Positions 28,576 to 40,216 of a stretch of 54,015 nt of DNA are shown one piece after another; position 1 is the stretch's first letter, and each line of letters begins with the position of its first letter. The stretch is taken from sequence record DRR723986_9408. One strand, 5' to 3'. Under the pieces are notes generated by a model. The model was not told the origin of the DNA. It was given only the letters and a program-made list of their open reading frames with translations, and searched no databases. Made by a program: the position numbers and the translations under genes.

Positions 28576-29109
28576 TTATCTTAACCTGACGTAATGGTTC
28601 TGCACGACTTTGTCCATAAACAGCGTTGATTTGACGCATTTAAAAATCAATTGCTTGGGTAAATCAGCAAACAGAGGAACTCCGGATCCTAGTAATACTG
28701 GAATTGTTGTAATAATCATTTCGTCGATTAAGTCTTCTTTCAGAAAGCTCTGAATGGTCTTTCCTCCATCGATGTAAAGGTTTTGAAAGCCTTTGCCGCG
28801 TATTTCTGAAAGTACTTCTGTGATACTTCCCTTGACAAGAAAAGCTTTCCCTTTAAATTTTTCTGGAATCTCGGTCATGGAACTGCTCCACACAAAAACA
28901 GGCTTGGTGTAAAACCATTCTCCCTCAAAGTCTGAAACCACCTTAAAAGTATTTCTTCCCATTAAAAGCGCATCCATGCGGGAAGTGAAGTCATTAAAAC
29001 CTGTGTCGATTTGGTCGATTTCCGGAAAAGTAGAAAGCCAGTCCAACTCATCATTTTTTCCTGCGATGAAGCCATCCAGACTAGTGGCTATAAATACACT
29101 GTTTTTCAT
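28576..29109 (-). CDS. Dihydrofolate reductase / RibD C-terminal family protein
   Basis: IATSLDGFIA, MGRNTF, YIDGG and PVLLGSG. Confidence 0.88.
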   Translation of the reverse strand: MKNSVFIATSLDGFIAGKNDELDWLSTFPEIDQIDTGFNDFTSRMDALLMGRNTFKVVSDFEGEWFYTKPVFVWSSSMTEIPEKFKGKAFLVKGSITEVLSEIRGKGFQNLYIDGGKTIQSFLKEDLIDEMIITTIPVLLGSGVPLFADLPKQLIFKCVKSTLFMDKVVQNHYVRLR

Positions 29110-29121
29110 AATAGGAGTTGA

Positions 29122-30816
29122 TTACCAGCTTCCGCCACCGCCGCCGCCGAAGCCACCTCCAGATGAGCCACCACCACCAGAACCTCCAGAGCTAGATGGG
29201 GAACTGACCATAGTAGATTGAGTGGATTTTATGGAATTGTTGAATGATTTGGAGAAATGATTCATCGTCATCATCCTCCCGGTGGAGGAATAATACCAAG
29301 TTGGTGGTTGCAAAGTCAAGCCTTCAAATTTCTTCGCCCATTTATCAAACATTCCAAATGCTAAGGCATAACTCATCGTAGTTTCGAAATAGGTGGGATC
29401 TTCTTGGAGTAGCATTTTGAGCTTGTTTTCCTCAGCTACTTTGATGAACTGCTTGAAGCCTTTCAGCTCAGACAAAATCATAGTTCCTTCTTTGTTTTTC
29501 TTGATCAAAAACTGGCTCATGATCAATAAAAATAAACCAGACACACCCATTGCTATGGCTGCAAGTATTCCCCAGAAAAATAAGAAAGCGGGGACTAGAA
29601 TGAACATCAATAGTATCAATCCGATAATGGTGTAATTTTTGATTTTACGGGATTTATTGACATAATATATTTGAGCGGCATCTTTCAAACTCCCATTTGC
29701 GGTACTCATGGTAGTGTAGAATTTTTCCTTGAGGCTGCTGACGAGAACTTCTGTTTTGCTGGCAAATAGACCATTAAATAATTGGCGCTGATATAATGGC
29801 GCATCTGCTTCAATTTCCTTCAACTTGGTGAGCTTGGTGTCATCTTTTGCAAACCAACCCTTTTCATCAATCTCCTCAATAGTCAGGTAACCATGAGATG
29901 CCCAGAATGGAATCAAAGAGATCAAGTCAACAGTATCTCCAGAGTCATCGATCAAGAAACCCACCATAGCTGGATCCATGCCTGGAGGTGGATAATAACT
30001 AGTTGTGGTTGTTACATGATCGTCTTTTCCATGTTTTTTCCAGATGGAATAGAACCCAAAATAGACAAAAGGAAGAATCAGAGTCCAGCCGTAGTCTGTC
30101 CAGAAAGGCCAGAGTGGCTTGATTTCTTTAATGCTTCCCAGTGGTAATTTCAGCAAAATCGTCACTGCTTCTCCTCCCGAGGAAACTATGCCTTCCTTGC
30201 TACTACCCGAGTAAATTCCATTTTCATAGCTGGTTTCAAAGTCATTTGTGGGAACATTTGATCCAATGGTACCTGAATACAAGAAATAATCATCTTTCTG
30301 AAGAGAAACTCCATTGGGAAGGTGAACCTGAAAATCTATTTTATTAAAAGGAGCATACCAATCACTAGGCTTGATATTCCAATAGAATTGGATTGCTTCT
30401 GATTCAAAAAGGAAAGCATTCTCTACTCTATACCGGATTTCATATTGCTGAGGACCTTCCAAGGTCACATTTGCATCACCGATTTTAATTCGGGCGTTAT
30501 CAGAATATTTCTGTCCAAATGCTGAAGGCGCATCAAATTTATATCCTGGGACCTCGATTTTACTGAGTTTTAGTTGACGTTTTTCCAGCTCGCCTTCTTC
30601 AGTTTGCAAGTCATAAGCCAACTGAATATCCCTAAAAATCCCATGCTTTGGCACTTCGAAATTAAGGTTGTATTTCTCTACCACATCGAAGTATCCTTCC
30701 TCGTGAATAGTAATATCCACTGAATAGGAAGTGACACTAAAATCTTGTGAAAAGGCTTCTAGCTGCGCAAAAAATAAGAGAAATAGAAAGGCGGTTTTTT
30801 TCATACTAATGCTCAT
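29122..30816 (-). CDS. DUF2207-family membrane protein
   Basis: Signal peptide, extracellular N-domain (HGIFR, FYWN), TM segments and a C-terminal SGGGFGGGGGGSW tail. Downstream of lemA. Confidence 0.88.
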   Translation of the reverse strand: MSISMKKTAFLFLLFFAQLEAFSQDFSVTSYSVDITIHEEGYFDVVEKYNLNFEVPKHGIFRDIQLAYDLQTEEGELEKRQLKLSKIEVPGYKFDAPSAFGQKYSDNARIKIGDANVTLEGPQQYEIRYRVENAFLFESEAIQFYWNIKPSDWYAPFNKIDFQVHLPNGVSLQKDDYFLYSGTIGSNVPTNDFETSYENGIYSGSSKEGIVSSGGEAVTILLKLPLGSIKEIKPLWPFWTDYGWTLILPFVYFGFYSIWKKHGKDDHVTTTTSYYPPPGMDPAMVGFLIDDSGDTVDLISLIPFWASHGYLTIEEIDEKGWFAKDDTKLTKLKEIEADAPLYQRQLFNGLFASKTEVLVSSLKEKFYTTMSTANGSLKDAAQIYYVNKSRKIKNYTIIGLILLMFILVPAFLFFWGILAAIAMGVSGLFLLIMSQFLIKKNKEGTMILSELKGFKQFIKVAEENKLKMLLQEDPTYFETTMSYALAFGMFDKWAKKFEGLTLQPPTWYYSSTGRMMTMNHFSKSFNNSIKSTQSTMVSSPSSSGGSGGGGSSGGGFGGGGGGSW

Positions 30817-31024
30817 GAACTTGTAAGAATCTCATGGAAAATGGGAAGGAAAGTTGATCAATAATCAATGATTTGGCGCTCCTTCGAATTTGAAAATCTA
30901 TTGCCAATAGCATAAAAACAAAGCTACAAACTGGATTTTGGTGTGCATCGGTCACCCTACTTCGGGCATTTAGCCTGAATAGCAAAGAAAGCAATGCAAC
31001 TTGAATGATTGAGAAAAATATTGG

Positions 31025-31585
31025 TTAATTAAAACTCACTTTCACATTTTCCCGGCTTTCTGGCTCAGCTTCGAAATAGTCAAAATGCTTGTAATTAAAC
31101 ATGCCTGCTACAAGTACTGCAGGAAAGCTTTCGCCATAGGTATTATTCTCCCGAACTGTTCCATTGTAATATCGTCTGGATCTCTCCAGATTTTCTTCGA
31201 TTTCATTGAGTTTATCCTGTAGCTGCAGAAAGTTGGTGTTGGCTTTCAGGTCCGGATAAGCTTCACTTAAAGCAAAGATGCTTCTGAGTGTTTTTTGAAG
31301 CTGATTTTCAGCTTGAATTTGTTTATTAATATCATCTGAAGGAACAGCCATAGCTGCATTTCTTGCTTGGATCACTGCTTCAAGGGTGTCCTTTTCATGG
31401 CTTGCATAGCCTTTTACCGTTTCTACTAAATTTGGAATTAGATCATATCTTCTTTTGAGAGCTACATCTATGTTGCTCCATGCATCCTTCACAGTGTTTT
31501 TGTTTTTTACAAAACGGTTGAAAATTCCGACGAGAATAACTCCCAGCAGTAAGACGATTCCTATAATAATGAGCGGTGTTACCAT
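31025..31585 (-). CDS. lemA: LemA family protein
   Basis: N-terminal TM, AWSNIDVALKRRYDLIPNLVETVKGY, EAYPDLKA and RRYYN. Confidence 0.93.
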   Translation of the reverse strand: MVTPLIIIGIVLLLGVILVGIFNRFVKNKNTVKDAWSNIDVALKRRYDLIPNLVETVKGYASHEKDTLEAVIQARNAAMAVPSDDINKQIQAENQLQKTLRSIFALSEAYPDLKANTNFLQLQDKLNEIEENLERSRRYYNGTVRENNTYGESFPAVLVAGMFNYKHFDYFEAEPESRENVKVSFN

Positions 31586-31821
31586 TTTAGATTGAATTTA
31601 AAATAAATTGAAACAAGAAGACTTAAAAAACTACAAACTATCAAATCCCAAAGATTTAACATTTTCAAAATACTACCTTTTAGCGAAAACTCAACAAAAT
31701 CGGCAAATTGAAGCGGGCTTCAATCACGTTAAAAGTAGCTTGTTTCCAGAATATTTGATAATTTGAAAAGGCACTAACTATGTAAATGTTGAGGGCTTTT
31801 ATAATAGTCCCCATAAGAGTC

Positions 31822-31836
31822 ATAGTTTTTATCAAT
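31822..31836 (+). promoter_or_regulatory. Possible OxyR/LysR half-site upstream of katG
   Basis: ATAG-N7-CAAT, close to the ATAG-N7-CTAT consensus. A second half-site is not evident. Confidence 0.25.
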
Positions 31837-31886
31837 TGAATTTTTTATTACATAAAGAAACCATTGTCTAAATTAGCTCTCGATAA

Positions 31887-34175
<2,289 letters not shown>

Positions 34176-34197
34176 GATGAAATCCTAGAAAAAAGTT

Positions 34198-34227
34198 AAA
34201 GGTGATCTGGAAACGGATCACCTTTTT
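34198..34227 (+). terminator. Rho-independent terminator of katG
   Basis: AAAGGTGATCTG-GAAA-CGGATCACCTTT followed by T residues. Confidence 0.8.
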
Positions 34228-34230
34228 AAT

Positions 34231-34315
34231 TTTAACCGCGTGGTACGCAGAGAATTTCGCAGAGGGCGGAATTAATTTATTTTAGCCGCCCAGTGCACGG
34301 AGGTTCGCAAAGGTT
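34231..34315 (+). repeat. Degenerate AACCGC...CGCA(G/A)AG repeats (two units 50 nt apart)
   Basis: TTTAACCGCGTGGTACGCAGAG...TTCGCAGAG (34231) and TTTAGCCGCCCAGTGCACGGAGGTTCGCAAAG (34281). A similar unit is at 39059. Confidence 0.45.
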
Positions 34316-34420
34316 ATATCTTATAAATCGACTACTGTCACGTTTCGGTCCGATACACATATCAGGAACGAAACATTTTTACTATGAGCAATTTAGCCGA
34401 AATCAAAGTTAGACCTGTTT

Positions 34421-34586
34421 AGCATTTTGTCCCAGCGGGACAGTTGGCCGGTATCCAAATGTCATAAGGTTAGGTTTCTTCGTTCCGTAGGAACGTATGG
34501 TGTCAATTCTTGACCAGTCGTTCCGACGGAACGAATCTCGTTGAAAATATTTTCTTGCTACCATCCACTGGTTCCTACGGAACGGA
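34421..34586. repeat. Four-palindrome REP/REPIN-like element
   Basis: TGTCCC-AGC-GGGACA (34428-34442), CGTTCC-GTA-GGAACG (34481-34495), CGTTCC-GAC-GGAACG (34519-34533) and GTTCC-TAC-GGAAC (34571-34583), arranged as a nested inverted repeat. Confidence 0.75.
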
Positions 34587-34647
34587 ATTTACTAGAAATC
34601 GCTTATTTCTATTCAAGAGATTAAAGCCATTTCTTATGTAGGCTACT

Positions 34648-35436
34648 TTAATTACTAAGCTTTTTCGACAAATCAGGCTTGATTAAGCGCTTTGCTTCTT
34701 TCACATCAATATATTCCTCCAAATCCTTTAGAGAAATCACTGTGAATCCATTTTCTTTTAGATATTCCAAATACTCCTTGAAAAGTTCAGGTGGAGTGTT
34801 CACCCAAGGATGCTCGATGTCCGGAACTCCGTGAATTGTCAGAACAACGATCTTTCCTTCTTTGGCTTGTTCAAAAGCTTTCATGATCTCCACTTTGTTC
34901 TTTTCATCAGTTGCCCAACTAGGTATCAAATACGGATGATCACTCAACGGATCGTAAGCTCTGCTTCCTCCAGCCCGGGCAAAGACATAGTTTTTTGCTT
35001 CCAAATATTCGAGCGCATCAGTGTTTAATCCATAACCTGGATAGGCAAAATTGGTGGGAGTGGGAACTCCTAGTGAGTCACATTTCTGTTCTATGTACCC
35101 AAGTTGCTGATTGAATTCTGCTTGGGATAATTTACTGACATTGGCGTGGGTATGCGTATGATTTGCAATTTCAAAACCCATTCTGTCCAATGCTTGAATC
35201 TGTCGCCAGTTCATGTATAAAGTGCTGTCCGCATAATTCGGTTGAAATTCACAAACAAAGAAAGTCCCACCAAATTCGTATTCCTTGAGTAAAGGAGCGA
35301 CAATGGAATACTGACTTGCTGGCGCATCATCAAAAGTCAAAACGACCAGTTTGTCTGGGATTGGTTGTTTGAGGATTTGGGCTTGGGAAAAGCTTGTAAT
35401 AAGAAATGCGGATATAAGAAGGATAGTAGATCTCAT
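34648..35436 (-). CDS. Polysaccharide deacetylase (CE4/NodB-like), secreted
   Basis: Signal peptide, LTFDD, NHTHTH, FAYPG and LTIHG. Confidence 0.88.
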   Translation of the reverse strand: MRSTILLISAFLITSFSQAQILKQPIPDKLVVLTFDDAPASQYSIVAPLLKEYEFGGTFFVCEFQPNYADSTLYMNWRQIQALDRMGFEIANHTHTHANVSKLSQAEFNQQLGYIEQKCDSLGVPTPTNFAYPGYGLNTDALEYLEAKNYVFARAGGSRAYDPLSDHPYLIPSWATDEKNKVEIMKAFEQAKEGKIVVLTIHGVPDIEHPWVNTPPELFKEYLEYLKENGFTVISLKDLEEYIDVKEAKRLIKPDLSKKLSN

Positions 35437-35449
35437 TAAATTTTGTCTA

Positions 35450-36781
35450 TCAGCCTACTACCAATGTAATCAGGTATATGACACTTATTGCCGTCACAGA
35501 CATAATTAATGTACCTAGGCTATGTGTTTGATTCCCTTGCTTGATAGATAGTCCGGAGAGTTGGGTTACAGCCCAGAAGAAACTGTCATTGGCGTGGGAA
35601 ATCGCCATAGCACCGGCTCCGGTGGCCAAAACTGCAAATACGCGCATGGTTTCAGAGTCTAGCCCAAGAGAACCAAGCAACGGAGCAATAATTGAAGCGG
35701 TTGTGATCATTGCCACAGTTGAGGAGCCTTGGGCTGTCTTTAATGCAAAGGCAATCAGGAATGGAAGGAAAATTCCCCAGCTTGCTCCACTCATACTTGA
35801 GCTCACCAGATCGCCGATTCCTGAGTTTTGCAGCATTTTCCCGAATACTCCTCCTGCGCCCGTAATCAGAATCACAGGCGCTGCGATCAGAATTGCTTCA
35901 CCGATCCAGCCAGAAGAGGAAAGTAACTTCGCGTCGAATTTCTTTGGAAGGGTAAAGGCCATAAAAGAACCCAGAAGCAGGGCGATAACTGGACTTCCAG
36001 CGAATTGGATAAATGTGTAAAAACCACCTTCCCCCAAAGGTTTGGTTGGATACTTGGCGATGGAAGCGATTATAATAAGAATCAGAGGAACGATGATGGG
36101 CAGGAAAGATGCAAATGCTGAAGGTCTTTCTTTTTTATCAATCTCCTCAGTTTTGACAGCCATTTTTGGGATTAAAGGAATTTTATAGGCTACTTTTTTG
36201 ATGAAAATATAGCTTGGAATCAGCGTAGATAGACTCACGATCAGCCCATAAAAAATAATCATTCCCAGATCCGCCTCATAGATTCCTGCAGTGGCAATTG
36301 GCCCGGGAGTCGGTGGGACTAACGAGTGAGAAGCGGTGGCACCGAGAGCCAAAGCTATGGTAGTCGCGGCATAAGGTACTTTTCCTTTCAGTGAAAGAGA
36401 TTTACTGATGGGGTTCATCATGATGAAGGTACTATCTCCGAATACTGGTATGGATAAGATATAGCCCGAAATCATCATCGCAAGTGTGATCGATTTTTCT
36501 CCAATCCAAGAGAGAATCTTCTCCGCAATAACGATTGCTCCCCCGGTTTTTTCTAAAAATGTTCCCATCATCACACCGAGCAAAATCAGCAATCCTATAC
36601 TTCCTAAAACTCCTCCAAAACCTTCGGAGATGGATTTTAAAATCAACTCCCCGGACATTCCGGAGAGAAGCCCATATAAGATGGCTCCGCAAAAAAGGGC
36701 AAGAAATGGATGGATGTCGAATTTGACGATGGCAAGAAGAATCATTGCCAAGGCAAAAAGGATAATCAATAGTGTAAGCAT
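35450..36781 (-). CDS. GntP-family permease (gluconate/sugar-acid or D-serine type)
   Basis: HPFLAL, LVPPTPGP, AQGSSTVA and SHANDSFFW. Confidence 0.92.
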   Translation of the reverse strand: MLTLLIILFALAMILLAIVKFDIHPFLALFCGAILYGLLSGMSGELILKSISEGFGGVLGSIGLLILLGVMMGTFLEKTGGAIVIAEKILSWIGEKSITLAMMISGYILSIPVFGDSTFIMMNPISKSLSLKGKVPYAATTIALALGATASHSLVPPTPGPIATAGIYEADLGMIIFYGLIVSLSTLIPSYIFIKKVAYKIPLIPKMAVKTEEIDKKERPSAFASFLPIIVPLILIIIASIAKYPTKPLGEGGFYTFIQFAGSPVIALLLGSFMAFTLPKKFDAKLLSSSGWIGEAILIAAPVILITGAGGVFGKMLQNSGIGDLVSSSMSGASWGIFLPFLIAFALKTAQGSSTVAMITTASIIAPLLGSLGLDSETMRVFAVLATGAGAMAISHANDSFFWAVTQLSGLSIKQGNQTHSLGTLIMSVTAISVIYLITLVVG

Positions 36782-36980
36782 TATAGGTTAGGTTGGGTTT
36801 GAGAAAAGAGCTTGAACAAAATGAGTTACAAACCTTCAACCTAAAAATTAGATAAAAAAAGGGAATAATAAAGCCATTTGCAGATATAGCTTTCAATTTG
36901 TTTGTTGAATGGGTTCAGTAGCTTTTATTATTTGGTATTTTAGCCAATTCATAATTCTTTGTATCCAATAACCTCTTTTC

Positions 36981-39053
36981 ATGCGTTTATTTTCAATTTT
37001 CAGTCTCCTCTTTACCTTAATGATTTTGGCTTCCTGCCGCTCAACTCCAAAGAAAGAAGGAAGCTATATGATTCTGCCAAGTCCTACTTCTTTAGAAATT
37101 ACAGGCGTTTCTTCACTTTCTGCTACAGAAATTCAAGAATTTGTCAAACAGGCTAAAGCTGATTTCATAGCAGGGAAATCGTTGGCAGGTACAAGTGACG
37201 TTTCGCTTAGTTTAGAGACAACTTCAGGTTTGAAACCTGAGGCTTACATACTGGAGATTACTGAGGAACAGGTGGAAATCAAAGCGGCGACCAAAGTTGG
37301 ACTTTGGTATGGGGTGATCACACTCGGCCAGTTGGTGCAGGATGCTTTGGACCAAGATGCGGCTTTGCCTTTGATCTCAATAAATGATGAGCCTGCGCTA
37401 AACTATCGAGCGATTCAACTCGATGTAAAGCATCACTTGGAAAAGAAAGACTATTACTATGAGCTTATGGATCGCTTGGCAGAATTGAAAATCAATGGGA
37501 TAATTCTGGAGATAGAAGATAAGCTGGCTTTCGAAAAACAACCCAAAGTAGGTTCATCAGATGCATGGTCCATCGCAGAATGGAAAAAGCTCAGTGATTA
37601 TGCTATGGCTAGAAATATTCGGATTTCCCCTTTGGTTCAGGGTCTGGGACATGCTTCATTCATTCTCAAGCATGATGAATATAAAGATCTGCGAGATGAT
37701 CCAGCCAGCGATTGGGCTTTCAACCCACTAGACGACCGAACTTATGAAGTGCAGTTTGACTTGTATTCCGATGCACTCGAAGCTTTTCCACACGCACAAT
37801 ATCTCCATGTAGGGGGAGACGAAGTTCATACAACCGGGAGAGAAAGTGGTAAATCTCCATTAGAGCTGCAGTTGATCTGGCTGAATAGAGTCAGTGAATA
37901 TGCTGATAAAAGAGGGTTGACTCCGATTTTCTGGGATGATATGCCGTTGAAAAACGCAGGAGTGTATAATTCTATATTTAATAGAAATCTTTCTGAGGCA
38001 CAGGTAGATAGTATCTGGACTGCTAATGAGCCCAACCTCAATAAATACGTGGATATGTTTCCGAAAAACTGCGTTTACATGCGTTGGAACTATAGTGCGC
38101 CGGAAACTCCAGGGAATAACAGGGCAATGCAGTGGTTTACCGATCACGGATTCCAAGTGATGGGGGCTACAGCAGGCCAGACACGCTGGAACTTGATGCC
38201 GCTTGAAGAAAGTAACACAGCCAATATTCGGGATTTTGCATTGATATCTATCGATAATAAAGCGGATGGGCTGTTGTTGACGCTTTGGGATGATGATTCC
38301 CCGCACTTTGAATTGTATCAAAGAGGAATTGCGATTTTTGCTGAATACACCTGGTCTGGCAAAAAGCGTAGTTCGGAGGAGTTGCATGCAGCCTTTCGCC
38401 AACGATCTTTTGGTTCTGGATTGGTGTCTGAAGATTTTTCATTTATCAATGACCTGGAGCCTTCGGTAGCTTTTTGGAAAAATGCTTTGCTGGAAAAAGC
38501 TGACAGAAATATATTGAAGGGGATGGGAAACCCTATGCAGGATGCTGTTTTGGCTTTGCCGGAAGCAAATGCTCCGGGACAATGGACTGAACGAAATAAG
38601 AGTAAACTGGAGAAAGCGCAAGCCAGTGAGTTAGTTTTAGACTCTGTTCTCTATAAAATTTCAGAATCCAAGAAAGCTGCTTTAAGAAATTCCTATACAC
38701 TTGAAGTCTATGAGCAAGTTGCCAAAGTCACCCAATTCAACAATAAGTCTCTATTGCTACTGGCGGAATGGGATCTAGCCAAAACGGCTGAGGAAAGAGA
38801 AGCTACAAAGGAAAAACTTTTGAATTTAGAAGGGGAGTGGAAGAAGCAATTAGCTGAATTGGAAACAGTATATGGTAAAACTAGAGAGTTGAATAAACCT
38901 GACGATTACATTTTGGATCAGGACCATCATGTGCATTTAGCGAATCAGGCGATCAAGTTTTCGGATTGGCAGTTTTACGTGGAGGATCTATTTCTCCAAA
39001 AACTCAAGGAAGGAAATAGTTTGGAGATGAAAGGAGATTTGGAGAATAAGTAG
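36981..39053 (+). CDS. GH20-like beta-N-acetylhexosaminidase lipoprotein
   Basis: Lipobox LASC, GH20b-like domain (EAYILEI...GLWYGVITLGQL, INDEP...YRAIQLD) and catalytic HVGGDE. Confidence 0.8.
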   Translation: MRLFSIFSLLFTLMILASCRSTPKKEGSYMILPSPTSLEITGVSSLSATEIQEFVKQAKADFIAGKSLAGTSDVSLSLETTSGLKPEAYILEITEEQVEIKAATKVGLWYGVITLGQLVQDALDQDAALPLISINDEPALNYRAIQLDVKHHLEKKDYYYELMDRLAELKINGIILEIEDKLAFEKQPKVGSSDAWSIAEWKKLSDYAMARNIRISPLVQGLGHASFILKHDEYKDLRDDPASDWAFNPLDDRTYEVQFDLYSDALEAFPHAQYLHVGGDEVHTTGRESGKSPLELQLIWLNRVSEYADKRGLTPIFWDDMPLKNAGVYNSIFNRNLSEAQVDSIWTANEPNLNKYVDMFPKNCVYMRWNYSAPETPGNNRAMQWFTDHGFQVMGATAGQTRWNLMPLEESNTANIRDFALISIDNKADGLLLTLWDDDSPHFELYQRGIAIFAEYTWSGKKRSSEELHAAFRQRSFGSGLVSEDFSFINDLEPSVAFWKNALLEKADRNILKGMGNPMQDAVLALPEANAPGQWTERNKSKLEKAQASELVLDSVLYKISESKKAALRNSYTLEVYEQVAKVTQFNNKSLLLLAEWDLAKTAEEREATKEKLLNLEGEWKKQLAELETVYGKTRELNKPDDYILDQDHHVHLANQAIKFSDWQFYVEDLFLQKLKEGNSLEMKGDLENK

Positions 39054-39121
39054 GTGATTTGAACCGCGAAAGACGCGCAGGTTTGCGCAAAGAGTACAAT
39101 TACTGGTTGGCGTATCAAGAG

Positions 39122-39154
39122 AACTTTTCCAAAGTTTTGAACTTTGGAAAAGTT
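39122..39154. repeat. Perfect 15-bp-arm palindrome (REP-like or bidirectional terminator)
   Basis: AACTTTTCCAAAGTT-TTG-AACTTTGGAAAAGTT between convergent genes. Confidence 0.7.
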
Positions 39155-39167
39155 ACGCTTATTCAAT

Positions 39168-39240
39168 CGTTACGACGGAATGCATTCGACACAAAGCAAT
39201 TCCTTTTCCTCAGACCAATTGTCCGATGGGACAAAATGTT
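39168..39240 (-). repeat. Degenerate half-copy of the 34421-34586 REP element
   Basis: The reverse complement reads AACATTTTGTCCCATCGG-ACAATTGGTC versus AGCATTTTGTCCCAGCGGGACAGTTGGCC at 34421. CGTTACGACGGAATG (39168) differs at 2 nt from CGTTCCGACGGAACG. Confidence 0.65.
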
Positions 39241-39281
39241 ACCTTCGAACTAACCACTTTTTAAAACTTCTTACTTAAAAT

Positions 39282-39758
39282 CTACTCATTAAAAAAAGGC
39301 TTCATCTCGTTATGAATATCTTCTCTGAGTGATTTCAGTCGCGTTGCGTATTCTTCCAACTTCTTTTCTTGATCGGTTTGAGGAACCCAAGGCTTTACTT
39401 TTTTCGGATTGCCATTTTCGTCAACAGATACGAAAATGATGATGCAGTGCGTCTTCTTCTCAAATTCTTTGTGTCCAAAATCTCTGGAATAAACTTCCAC
39501 CATAATGTGTATGCTGGAGCTACCCGTGTAAATCACTGCACATTCCACTTTGATCACATCTCCGATATTGATAGGCTTGTAAAACCGGATACCACCTACA
39601 TAAACTGTTACGCAATAGCTTTCCGACCATGTTCTGGCGCAGGTATAAGCTGCTTGATCTATCCATTTCATCACTACACCTCCGTGTACTTTTCCTCCAA
39701 AATTGATATCTGAGGGTTCGCTGATAAACTGGAATGAGGTTTTGTGTGAGGTATCCAT
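39282..39758 (-). CDS. Acyl-CoA thioesterase (hotdog fold, YciA-like)
   Basis: DINFGGKVHGGVVMKWID, CVTVYV and TGSSS. Confidence 0.9.
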   Translation of the reverse strand: MDTSHKTSFQFISEPSDINFGGKVHGGVVMKWIDQAAYTCARTWSESYCVTVYVGGIRFYKPINIGDVIKVECAVIYTGSSSIHIMVEVYSRDFGHKEFEKKTHCIIIFVSVDENGNPKKVKPWVPQTDQEKKLEEYATRLKSLREDIHNEMKPFFNE

Positions 39759-39867
39759 AGGGTTGATAGGTTTTTAAAAGTTGCTAAGCTAAGGGATATT
39801 TCGGTTTTGTGCAGGATGAAAAGAAATTCAGGAGGTGGTTAATTTGGATTTTGATGAGGTAGCTCAC

Positions 39868-40170
39868 TTACAGTTTTGATCCCTTGATCAGCCAAACTGA
39901 CTTGATGGATTTCTCTTTCAAATGGATATGTTTTTGGCGCTCCTCATCTTTGAAGAAGTCTACTACATCCTGCTCGTTTTCGAATTCCACCAAATGGATT
40001 TCAAAAGGCATTTCCATGTTTTGCTCAATGATGTTGTCAGAACTTGGTCTATATCTGAGCAACAGTTTTCCATTATGTTTAGCAATCAGCGGAATGGCTA
40101 CTGCTTCAAACGCTAGAAAGCTTGCCTCCTGACCGTCGAGAATGTAAATAAGCTGTGTGAAATAGATCAT
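39868..40170 (-). CDS. DUF1330-like dimeric alpha/beta barrel protein
   Basis: Small protein with PLIAKHNGKLL...HLVEF...FFKDEER pattern. Confidence 0.65.
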   Translation of the reverse strand: MIYFTQLIYILDGQEASFLAFEAVAIPLIAKHNGKLLLRYRPSSDNIIEQNMEMPFEIHLVEFENEQDVVDFFKDEERQKHIHLKEKSIKSVWLIKGSKL

Positions 40171-40216
40171 TGCTATTGTTGGTGAATCAATGGTTTACTC
40201 AGATTTCGGCTCCGTT

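Noticed and set aside
34428-34583. Possible mini CRISPR array
   Set aside because: The units are 13-17-nt palindromes in inverted arrangement with unequal spacing, and there are no cas genes. This fits REP, not CRISPR.
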